The notes under the pieces are model-generated. The model did no database searches and was not told where the DNA came from. It saw nothing but the letters and a program-made list of their open reading frames with translations. Below, in pieces: positions 1 through 6,126 of a DNA stretch of 55,238 nt. Position 1 is the first letter of the stretch; each line of letters starts with the position of its first letter. Both the position numbers and the translations under genes were made by a program. This DNA is from a virus (Duplodnaviria > Caudoviricetes), in the IMG/VR virus record IMGVR_UViG_3300043436_001540, positions 1 to 55,238 of that record, one strand, 5' to 3'.

Positions 1-55
1 CTTTTTCATACATATAGCTCCTAATATGCAATTAGGATTATTTATATAATGTATT

Positions 56-132
56 TGGTGCCCATGGAGGGACTCGAACCCCCAACATACGCGTTCTAAG
101 CGCGCCGACTCTACCAGTTGGCCTACATGGGC
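56..132 (-). tRNA. tRNA-Leu(TAG), short variable loop
   Basis: Cloverleaf, anticodon arm GCGCG-CTTAGAA-CGCGT, GGTTCGAGTCC T-arm, encoded CCA. Confidence 0.9.
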
Positions 133-139
133 ATGTAGT

Positions 140-214
140 TGGTGCGGAATGAGAGGGTCGAACTCCCGACAACCTCGGTGTAAACGAGGGGCTCTACCAC
201 TGAGCTAATTCCGC
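140..214 (-). tRNA. tRNA-Val(TAC)
   Basis: Cloverleaf, CCTCG-TTTACAC-CGAGG, CCA. Confidence 0.93.
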
Positions 215-375
215 TTAAGTTTATTTCTCAAGTCGTTAAAACTTGTTTCTCTTTGCTGATCTTCTACGTTAACTGCTGGTTCAATATCATTATGAATGAC
301 GATGTCACCTTCAAGTCGTTTTCTTACATCAGCAATTCTTTTACGTAGAGAAGCAATTTCGGCTTGATAATCCAT
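205..375 (-). CDS. small hypothetical coiled-coil protein; stop codon lies inside tRNA-Val
   Basis: GGAGA RBS before ATG at 375 (MDYQAEIASLRKRIADV...). Confidence 0.6.
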   Translation of the reverse strand: MDYQAEIASLRKRIADVRKRLEGDIVIHNDIEPAVNVEDQQRETSFNDLRNKLKRN

Positions 376-509
376 TGCATCTCCGTTATTAATAGTGTAT
401 GCCACCGCAATACATGGGTTATGCGATACCCTCGTTCTAGTCTACAAATCAAGAATCTAGAATTGATTTGCTGACATCTTGAACTCTGAATCCTTCACAT
501 ACACTAACT

Positions 510-585
510 TGGCGACCTGTACCGGGATCGAACCGGTGTTCTTCTGCGTGACAGGCAGACGTATTAACCGCTTTACCAACAGGCC
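510..585 (-). tRNA. tRNA-Asp(GTC)
   Basis: Cloverleaf, TCTGC-CTGTCAC-GCAGA, CCA. Confidence 0.93.
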
Positions 586-590
586 ATATT

Positions 591-666
591 TGGTGGACCC
601 TAGGAGGATCGAACTCCTGACCTCCTGCTTGCAAGGCAGGCGCTCTCCCAGCTGAGCTAAGAGCCC
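591..666 (-). tRNA. tRNA-Ala(TGC)
   Basis: Cloverleaf, CCTGC-CTTGCAA-GCAGG, CCA. Confidence 0.93.
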
Positions 667-740
667 GAAAATGTATATGTGGAAGGCGACGATATCTTCC
701 ACGGTTTTACCTTGACTAGCAAGTCTGCGCCCGTATATAA

Positions 741-805
741 CAGGATCGTTTTGTCCGCTAAGACTATCATAACATTTTAGCGTTTTGGTTTGCTGAACCG
801 ATCCT
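741..805 (-). ncRNA. Y-RNA-like small RNA copy 1 (terminal stem + CAGCA, single inner hairpin)
   Basis: AGGATCGGTTCAGCAA...CGCTAA/TTAGCG hairpin...AACGATCCTG; termini shared with three other copies. Confidence 0.65.
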
Positions 806-811
806 AAATTA

Positions 812-899
812 TGGCGGAAGAGGTGAGATTCGAACTCACGGAACGTTTCCGTTCGGCAGTTTTCAAGACTGCAGGCATAAACCACTCGCCCACTCTTCC
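812..899 (-). tRNA. tRNA-Ser(TGA)
   Basis: Cloverleaf with long variable arm, GCAGT-CTTGAAA-ACTGC, CCA. Confidence 0.93.
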
Positions 900-997
900 G
901 TATCTTTGCCACTCTACACCCTTGTGGCGGGTCTCCTAGCTATCTATAACTCGTATTAAGCCCGAGGTTTCGCAATGTCTAGGACGTTGGCTTTTGT

Positions 998-1085
998 TTT
1001 AGACTGGGCTGTTTGCAGCTTTGACCTGCCGGCGATGACGGATCAGGGACACCTTCACAAGAGGTGATTACTTCTACAGTCTAAA
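998..1085 (-). ncRNA. candidate structured RNA (multi-hairpin junction)
   Basis: 9-bp closing stem TTTAGACTG/CAGTCTAAA enclosing several short hairpins, between tRNA genes. Confidence 0.4.
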
Positions 1086-1087
1086 CT

Positions 1088-1163
1088 TGGTTGCGGTGGG
1101 GAGGACTCGAACCTCCGATCTCATGGTTATGAGCCATGCAAGATGCCTCTTCTCTACCCCGCA
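1088..1163 (-). tRNA. tRNA-Met(CAT), initiator-like acceptor stem
   Basis: TGCGGGG...CCGCAACCA, CATGG-CTCATAA-CCATG. Confidence 0.85.
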
Positions 1164-1171
1164 ATAATATT

Positions 1172-1247
1172 TGGCTCCCTGACCAGGGCTCGAACCTGGG
1201 ACATTCTGATTAACAGTCAGACGCTCTACCAACTGAGCTATCAGGAA
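1172..1247 (-). tRNA. tRNA-Asn(GTT)
   Basis: Cloverleaf, TCTGA-CTGTTAA-TCAGA, CCA. Confidence 0.93.
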
Positions 1248-1253
1248 ACTATC

Positions 1254-1341
1254 TCTGTTTACACATACACCCCAGCGCATTGCGTGTTTCAGTAAAGTTT
1301 GGGTGGCCGACCCTCGTTTACGGGATGTATGTGAAAACAGA
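1254..1341 (-). ncRNA. long-stem leader RNA, class 2 copy A
   Basis: TCTGTTTTCACATAC...GTATGTGTAAACAGA stem with T-T mismatch; same terminal motif as 6693-6800. Confidence 0.5.
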
Positions 1342-1368
1342 AATTATTTCATTCTGTTTCTTGTTGAA

Positions 1369-1434
1369 TTGTCAAAGAGCAATGGTGTTTTTCACCGTAT
1401 ATATTATATATAAACCATTCTCTGCAAATGTCAA
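1369..1434 (-). promoter_or_regulatory. sigma70-type promoter followed by boxB-like hairpin and rrn-type boxA
   Basis: TTGACA at 1434-1429, AT-rich -10, GGTG-AAAAA-CACC hairpin, TGCTCTTTGACAA at 1381-1369. Confidence 0.65.
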
Positions 1435-1443
1435 CACTTTTTT

Positions 1444-1890
1444 TTATTCACACCACGACTTTTTTGCATCACCGTAGTATTCGCGAGCATAACCTTTTTC
1501 GATTAGCATCTTAGTCAAACTTTGACCATCAATCAATACATCACCGAGTACTCTGCCGCCAAATTTATCCCATTGATAGAGATTAATCTGGGTTGTTTTT
1601 GCGTTTGCAACAAGATCCTTTGTGAATTTGCTTGCAGCCGCACCTAGTTCGGCTTCCTTCTCGCATGAAGCACGACCACCTTTTTCCGGTGTATCAACAC
1701 CCCAAACACGGATAGATAGTTTCTTGGGAAGTGGATCAATTAAGAATGGTGCTTCAATCTCAACAGTATCACCATCTACCACACGAAGGATTTTAAAATC
1801 GTGGATAACACCTTCCGGCTTTTTAACTTCGGCATATGCAACTGAGGCAGTGGCAATGATGAGCGATAGGGTTAATAATAGTTTCTTCAT
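1444..1890 (-). CDS. thermonuclease (SNase-like) with signal peptide
   Basis: RVVDGDT, IRVWGVDTPE and DKFGGRVLG motifs; N-terminal hydrophobic signal. Confidence 0.9.
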   Translation of the reverse strand: MKKLLLTLSLIIATASVAYAEVKKPEGVIHDFKILRVVDGDTVEIEAPFLIDPLPKKLSIRVWGVDTPEKGGRASCEKEAELGAAASKFTKDLVANAKTTQINLYQWDKFGGRVLGDVLIDGQSLTKMLIEKGYAREYYGDAKKSWCE

Positions 1891-1915
1891 AGTATTCTCC
1901 TAACTAATGTTAGAA

Positions 1916-1923
1916 TATTTATA
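1916..1923 (-). promoter_or_regulatory. T4-type late promoter
   Basis: TATAAATA upstream of the SNase gene. Confidence 0.7.
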
Positions 1924-1930
1924 CTAAAAA

Positions 1931-2040
1931 CAGGTTGGTTTTTAGTTTGTTGATCTACCATTGATCTATCCACGCAAGGAGCGTCGAATGGGACTCGAAC
2001 CCATAACGTACAAATTATGTACTTTTGCTGAACCCAACCT
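1931..2040 (-). ncRNA. YrlA-like Y RNA copy 2 (permuted tRNA-like domain T-acceptor-D)
   Basis: AGGTTGGGTTCAGCAA...ATGGGTTCGAGTCCCAT (T arm), closed acceptor-like hairpin, TAGATCAATGGTAGATC (D arm)...AACCAACCTG; immediately downstream of the Ro-like gene. Confidence 0.75.
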
Positions 2041-2063
2041 AAATTCTTTGTAGTAGCTACGCC

Positions 2064-3494
2064 TTAGTAGGCGTAGCGATCGTTCATAAGAGTCTTCACC
2101 ATTACATTGTAAGGAGTGAAGTCTTCAAGGTCGTTCGCAAGAACGCTCTTCATGATGGCTGGGCTGAACCCAGATACATGAGCAGTACCACGCTCGTCGA
2201 AACGAACTGGAGTGTTGCCATCTGCTTTACCGTACATGGAAACGTTCCAGAAGACAATCTTCGGCACATTGTAGCCTGCATCGTTGTACTTACGCTTGAT
2301 CATCTGCATAGCAGAGTCATCATACTTAGTGCAAGAGTCAAACTGCATGTCAGACAGAATCAACAGCATCTGAGGCATGTCACTCTCTGCAACGTTACCC
2401 TTGATAGCGACCTTGAGGATCTCATCAAAAGCAGCGTGCAGATTGGTATTCATCTGCCACTCAGCACGGCTCATCTGAGTCATCTTCTGAGACAGAGTCC
2501 CTTTCAGATGTTCAAACTTAGGCTTACCGGAGAAGGTCAGGAACAGATCCTTAAACGCACTGGTGTTCTTATCAGCACAATACAGACCCAGAGAGACTGC
2601 AATGTCGATAGGCTGCAATTCACTTCCACGAGTGTAGTGAACAGAACCCATAGAACCGGAGACGTCGACCATAGGCATGATCTTAGCATCGCCGATGTAG
2701 TTAGGCAGAGCCTTCCACTGTTCATCAGCAACAGCTGCATTACCCTTCACGACAGACTTCACGACATCGTACGGATAGACCGCACCAGCGTTGATCTTGA
2801 CCTTGGGATCTGCACGCTCAGCAACCGGCTTTTTCAGTTCAGCAATGTAAGCAGAGTATGCTTCCTTTGCGTTACGGCCGAAAGCCTTCTGGTAGCGAGC
2901 GGATGCCACGGAAGGAACGTGAGAGAAGTTGATAGCTTCCCACTCTTTAGCACACATCTTAGACTCAACAACGTTGGTCAAACTAACGATGAGCTTACGA
3001 TACTGTTTCGGAGTAAGTTCAAAGAACTTAGTCAATTCAACAGCAACTGGACCTTTACGTGGCATCCACTTCGCACAGAGACCGTCCTGGTTTGCTAGCG
3101 CTTCACGAATAAACGCAAACGCCTTACGACGGTTGAGAGGATCTTTGTAAGTGAACAAGTCATCCCAACGGCCAAGCTCTGGAACTTTGTGCATCAGCTT
3201 ACCAGCAAGAGTTGGGTCGGTGGACTCAAGCGCAGCAAGCAAGTTACGGAAGGTAGCACGTTCGCCAGCACCTCCGCGAATGTCACGAGCCCAGAGCAGC
3301 ATACGGATAGTCAGATCAAGGTTCTCAGTCATAGAAGCTACGAACTGCTTGGAGATATCAGAACCACGAGCGGAACCAATAACACCGAACAAGTCGAGCA
3401 CCTTGGACTTAGAAGTAGCATTCGCCTTCATACCATTTGCGGTACGAGCAGGCTTAGAGTTGTTAGCATTTTTAACTGCGTTTACAAAAGACAT
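2064..3494 (-). CDS. Ro60/TROVE-related vWA-domain protein (DUF2828-type)
   Basis: N-terminal RDIRGGAGER, ELGRWDDL and AKWMPR motifs; C-terminal vWA MIDAS DVSGSM...ILSDMQFD, IVFWNV, VSGFSP. Confidence 0.85.
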   Translation of the reverse strand: MSFVNAVKNANNSKPARTANGMKANATSKSKVLDLFGVIGSARGSDISKQFVASMTENLDLTIRMLLWARDIRGGAGERATFRNLLAALESTDPTLAGKLMHKVPELGRWDDLFTYKDPLNRRKAFAFIREALANQDGLCAKWMPRKGPVAVELTKFFELTPKQYRKLIVSLTNVVESKMCAKEWEAINFSHVPSVASARYQKAFGRNAKEAYSAYIAELKKPVAERADPKVKINAGAVYPYDVVKSVVKGNAAVADEQWKALPNYIGDAKIMPMVDVSGSMGSVHYTRGSELQPIDIAVSLGLYCADKNTSAFKDLFLTFSGKPKFEHLKGTLSQKMTQMSRAEWQMNTNLHAAFDEILKVAIKGNVAESDMPQMLLILSDMQFDSCTKYDDSAMQMIKRKYNDAGYNVPKIVFWNVSMYGKADGNTPVRFDERGTAHVSGFSPAIMKSVLANDLEDFTPYNVMVKTLMNDRYAY

Positions 3495-3506
3495 AATATT
3501 TCCTTT

Positions 3507-3593
3507 CAGGTTGGATTTACGGATTCGAACCGTTAAGTTTGTTTTTCATACAAATTGGGAACCATTCCCGGGTTTAGTTGCTGAAACCAACCT
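3507..3593 (-). ncRNA. Y-RNA-like copy 3 (D-like, anticodon-GAA-like and T arms)
   Basis: AGGTTGGTTTCAGCAA...GGGAATGGTTCCC, TTTGT-ATGAAAA-ACAAA, ACGGTTCGAATCCGT...TCCAACCTG; no CCA; abuts the RBS of the Ro-like gene. Confidence 0.7.
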
Positions 3594-3611
3594 ATGGTTT
3601 CATAGTTTAAT

Positions 3612-3687
3612 CAGGATCGCGCCTTTCGGCTTTCCGTTTGATTACAAGTCAAATGCTCTATGAGCTTTAAGATGCTGTAACGATCCT
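3612..3687 (-). ncRNA. Y-RNA-like copy 4 (D-like arm, Thr-TGT anticodon arm, GAAA hairpin)
   Basis: AGGATCGTTACAGCA...GCTCATAGAGC, TTTGA-CTTGTAA-TCAAA, GCCGAAAGGC...CGATCCTG. Confidence 0.7.
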
Positions 3688-3755
3688 ATATTACTTCGTT
3701 CACATCGAATAATAGTAGTATAATACATAAAGAAACAGATGTCAACAATTATTTT

Positions 3756-3829
3756 TGGATGCCCGTCGAGGATTCGAACCGCGATTACTAGGGTCAGAGC
3801 CTAGCGTCCTACCGTTAGACGAACGGGCA
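3756..3829 (-). tRNA. tRNA-Gln(CTG)
   Basis: CTAGG-CTCTGAC-CCTAG, CCA. Confidence 0.9.
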
Positions 3830-3836
3830 ACATATT

Positions 3837-3922
3837 TGGCGGATGGAGTAGGAATTGAACCCACGACACGAATGCCGGACTTGCTTTCCAAGCAAGGTAT
3901 ATCACCAGATATTCCACCATCC
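3837..3922 (-). tRNA. tRNA-Ser(GGA)
   Basis: CTTGC-TTGGAAA-GCAAG, long variable arm, CCA. Confidence 0.85.
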
Positions 3923-3926
3923 ATAT

Positions 3927-4003
3927 TGGTGTCCTTGGGGAGACTCGAACTCCCAACACCTACGACCTCAACGTAGTGACTCTACCAGTTGGCCTACAAG
4001 GAC
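3927..4003 (-). tRNA. tRNA-Leu(GAG), short variable loop
   Basis: CTACG-TTGAGGT-CGTAG, CCA. Confidence 0.85.
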
Positions 4004-4008
4004 ATATT

Positions 4009-4083
4009 TGGAGCGGAGAATGGGATTTGAACCCACGGCCGTCTGCTTGGCAAGCAGAAGCTCTACCACTGAGCTACCTCCGC
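4009..4083 (-). tRNA. tRNA-Gly(GCC)
   Basis: TCTGC-TTGCCAA-GCAGA, TCCA end. Confidence 0.92.
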
Positions 4084-4088
4084 ATTAT

Positions 4089-4163
4089 TGGTACTGGATA
4101 GTGGGATCGAACCACGTCCACCTCAGTCACAGTGAGGGATGCAACCATTACACCTTATCCAGC
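4089..4163 (-). tRNA. tRNA-His(GTG), no G-1, A73
   Basis: CCTCA-CTGTGAC-TGAGG, 3' end ATCCAGT-A-CCA. Confidence 0.9.
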
Positions 4164-4169
4164 ATTATT

Positions 4170-4245
4170 TGGTGCTCCCGGTAGGACTCTAACCTACAAC
4201 CATTGGTTTCGAAGACCAGCGCTCTTACAATTGAGCTACGGAAGC
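4170..4245 (-). tRNA. tRNA-Arg(TCG), non-canonical D/T loops
   Basis: TGGT-CTTCGAA-ACCA; T loop TTAGAGT; CCA. Confidence 0.8.
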
Positions 4246-4249
4246 GTAA

Positions 4250-4388
4250 TTCCCGGGCCATCTCACAATTGGGACTCTTACCCCTACATCCGAGCTAAGA
4301 CTCAGACCGTGTTACCCGATACGCCGAGTAGCCCTGTGGCGTATGCAGTATTCTCATCATAGCAAATGTCGACCTTCGCTACAACGTT
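4250..4388 (-). ncRNA. candidate structured RNA between two tRNA-Arg genes
   Basis: Consecutive hairpins CGTTGTAGCGAA/TTTGCTATGATG, ATACGCC/GGCGTAT, TCTGAG/CTCGGA; no convincing ORF. Confidence 0.4.
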
Positions 4389-4392
4389 TAAT

Positions 4393-4465
4393 TGGCGCTC
4401 CTGGAATGAGTTGAACATTCGTAAGCAGGCTTCGTAGACCCGCCACCGGGTCCGCCGGCAGAAGC
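4393..4465 (-). tRNA. tRNA-Arg(ACG), atypical D arm
   Basis: CGGGT-CTACGAA-GCCTG, GTTCAAC T loop, CCA. Confidence 0.75.
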
Positions 4466-4466
4466 A

Positions 4467-4772
4467 TTATGGCATATAAAGACCTTCGATTTCTGGATCA
4501 GTGATCATTTCAGGCATATCATCGATCCATACATCGATGTCGATCTTGTGAACATGATGCATAAAGTGTCGCTTAGGGCGAAGACCAGTACCAAAGCAAT
4601 TCTCTGCACCGATCACTCGGCCGATCGTCATCTTTGGATCATCCATGTGCTGAGTTCCACGAGCGGATACGCAGTAGACTTTATGTCCACGGTTCAACGC
4701 TTCTTGTGCGAACCAGTTCCACAGGAGAGGATCTTTGGTGTAAGTATCGTCATAGTCAATTGAGATGTTCAT
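4467..4772 (-). CDS. small HAD-superfamily phosphatase-like protein
   Basis: IDYDDTYT motif I, VSAR motif II, WIDD motif IV; AAGGAG RBS. Confidence 0.8.
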   Translation of the reverse strand: MNISIDYDDTYTKDPLLWNWFAQEALNRGHKVYCVSARGTQHMDDPKMTIGRVIGAENCFGTGLRPKRHFMHHVHKIDIDVWIDDMPEMITDPEIEGLYMP

Positions 4773-4827
4773 CTTTGTCTCCTTTACACCATCATAGTCT
4801 AAGCTGTTCCACATGTAAACCTCTAAA

Positions 4828-4901
4828 TGGTGCTGCTAGGAAGAATCGAACTTCCGTCTCACCCGTACCAAGGGCGTGTATTACCATTGTACTATAGCAG
4901 C
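4828..4901 (-). tRNA. tRNA-Thr(GGT)
   Basis: CGCCC-TTGGTAC-GGGTG, CCA. Confidence 0.9.
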
Positions 4902-4906
4902 GTTGT

Positions 4907-4981
4907 TGGTGCCTCCACTAAGAGTCGAACTTAGACCTTCCCCATGTCACGGGATCGAGCAAACCGTTACACCATGGAGGC
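4907..4981 (-). tRNA. tRNA-Val(GAC)
   Basis: Anticodon loop GTGACAT, GTTCGACT T arm, CCA. Confidence 0.8.
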
Positions 4982-4987
4982 ATTGAT

Positions 4988-5064
4988 TGGTATCCCCAGC
5001 GGGTGTCGATCCCGCTTCTTCGCCTTGAAAGGGCGATGATCTAGCCAACGTAATCTATGGGGAC
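4988..5064 (-). tRNA. tRNA-Glu(TTC)
   Basis: TCGCC-CTTTCAA-GGCGA, CCA. Confidence 0.88.
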
Positions 5065-5071
5065 GTTATAT

Positions 5072-5155
5072 TGGTGGGAGTGAAGGGAATCGAACCCAAC
5101 ATAAGTTTCCTCGACGGAGTTACAGTCCGCTGCCTCACCTTGAGGCGGCACTCCC
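5072..5155 (-). tRNA. tRNA-Tyr(GTA)
   Basis: GCGGA-CTGTAAC-TCCGT, long variable arm, CCA. Confidence 0.88.
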
Positions 5156-5160
5156 AATAT

Positions 5161-5234
5161 TGGTCCCTTCTACAGGTAACGATCCTGTGTCTAACGGTTA
5201 TCAGCCGTTTGCTCTACCTTTGAGCTAAGAAGGG
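5161..5234 (-). tRNA. tRNA-Ile(GAT)
   Basis: AACGG-CTGATAA-CCGTT, CCA. Confidence 0.88.
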
Positions 5235-5290
5235 ATAACTAAATTTCAGCCGGAAATTCTTTTAATGTGCAGCCGGATCTGTCACAAACT

Positions 5291-5366
5291 TGGTGCGGAT
5301 GAAGAGAATTGAACTCCTGACACCATGCTCTTCAGGCACGTGCTCTACCAACTGAGCTACATCCGC
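5291..5366 (-). tRNA. tRNA-Phe(GAA)
   Basis: CGTGC-CTGAAGA-GCATG, CCA. Confidence 0.9.
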
Positions 5367-5435
5367 ATTGGTGGTGTGGGTAGTTGTAGAACCTGGTATG
5401 GAAGATAGTCAAAATCAATTTGACGATCACAACCA

Positions 5436-5597
5436 TTAACACCAGATTAACGACTTAACATTTTTTGCTGCTCTGGCTATAACAATATCAGGATCCCAAT
5501 ATGTGTGCCATCCTAGTCTTTTTTGAAAATTGTAATCTTCCATAAGGTAATAGGAAGAACCCAATGCCAGAGCAGCCTGTCTAATAACTTCTTCCAT
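5436..5597 (-). CDS. small hypothetical protein (53 aa, MEEVIRQAAL...)
   Basis: Open frame fills the inter-tRNA gap, GAGA RBS; below the ORF-track cutoff. Confidence 0.45.
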   Translation of the reverse strand: MEEVIRQAALALGSSYYLMEDYNFQKRLGWHTYWDPDIVIARAAKNVKSLIWC

Positions 5598-5624
5598 TGT
5601 ATTTTCTCATAATAGAGTTAAATT

Positions 5625-5745
5625 TGGTGGATTGTGAAGGAATCGAACCTCCGAGCCGCCGGCGCTTGTTCAAGTACCATACTTAATGGGAATCGAACCC
5701 CCCACAGTCGCGCCCTGTGCCTGGTTTGCCAGGTCAGTGTATCAT
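5625..5745 (-). ncRNA. tRNA-like RNA with two T-arms and CCA end
   Basis: GTGGGGGTTCGATTCCCAT and GGAGGTTCGATTCCTTC...TCCACCA; no anticodon arm. Confidence 0.55.
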
Positions 5746-5753
5746 CAAAGTAA

Positions 5754-5829
5754 TGGTGGATCCGGTCGGACTCGAACCGACGTACTCCGATTAAAAGTCG
5801 GGTGCTACGACCACCTCAGCTACGGATCC
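5754..5829 (-). tRNA. tRNA-Lys(TTT)
   Basis: CCCGA-CTTTTAA-TCGGA, CCA. Confidence 0.92.
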
Positions 5830-5962
5830 AATCTCGAAGCGCCATTCTCTCATCACGGCGTTCCGCTTTCTTAGTCTTTCCATGCGCGCCTGATGGACGT
5901 TTGGAAAGATGAAGGACGAATGGGTTTCGTGCCTTCGGTAGGTCCTTATGTTTTCGTTTCAT
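5816..5962 (-). CDS. small basic protein (48 aa, MKRKHKDLPKARNPFVLHLSKRPSGAHGKTKKAERR...); stop inside tRNA-Lys
   Basis: Strong AAGGAAAAGGA RBS, directly downstream of a promoter; TGA at 5818-5816 within tRNA-Lys. Confidence 0.65.
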   Translation of the reverse strand: MKRKHKDLPKARNPFVLHLSKRPSGAHGKTKKAERRDERMALRDWIRS

Positions 5963-5988
5963 TTCCTTTTCCTTTATTTCCTACATTA

Positions 5989-6032
5989 TCAACATATATC
6001 ATTTAAAAACATATGTCAACAACTATTTTTGG
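5989..6032 (-). repeat. 44-bp exact direct repeat carrying a sigma70 promoter (copy 1)
   Basis: TTGACA-17-TATGTT; identical to 6893-6936. Confidence 0.85.
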
Positions 6033-6107
6033 AGGTGTGGGTGAGATTCGAACTCACGACTTTATGGATTTGCAATCCATTCCCTTAGGCCACTCGAGCA
6101 CCACACC
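6030..6107 (-). tRNA. tRNA-Cys(GCA)
   Basis: ATGGA-TTGCAAA-TCCAT, TCCA end. Confidence 0.9.
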
Positions 6108-6126
6108 ATTTGATATAAATATCATT

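Noticed and set aside
449-1280. ORF-track ORFs 449..634, 457..912 and 1074..1280
   Set aside because: They run through tRNA genes and structured RNAs, with no RBS or protein motifs
2178-3663. Long plus-strand ORFs (306 aa, 170 aa, 115 aa)
   Set aside because: Antisense shadows of the codon-biased Ro-like gene
741-3687. CAGCA-stem repeats as a CRISPR array or transposon ends
   Set aside because: Copies are dispersed, differ by compensatory changes, are not regularly spaced, and no cas or transposase gene is present
3742-4362. Several short ORFs on both strands
   Set aside because: They overlap tRNA genes
5247-5280. Short CAGCCGGA direct repeat between tRNA-Ile and tRNA-Phe
   Set aside because: Only 8 bp twice; no supportable structure
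5625-5745. tmRNA
   Set aside because: No G3-U70 Ala acceptor with a matching 5' GGGG strand, and no adjacent tag frame identified
6013-6126. N-terminal extension of the 200-aa plus-strand ORF
   Set aside because: Overlaps tRNA-Cys; the signal peptide and late promoter indicate a start at 6127
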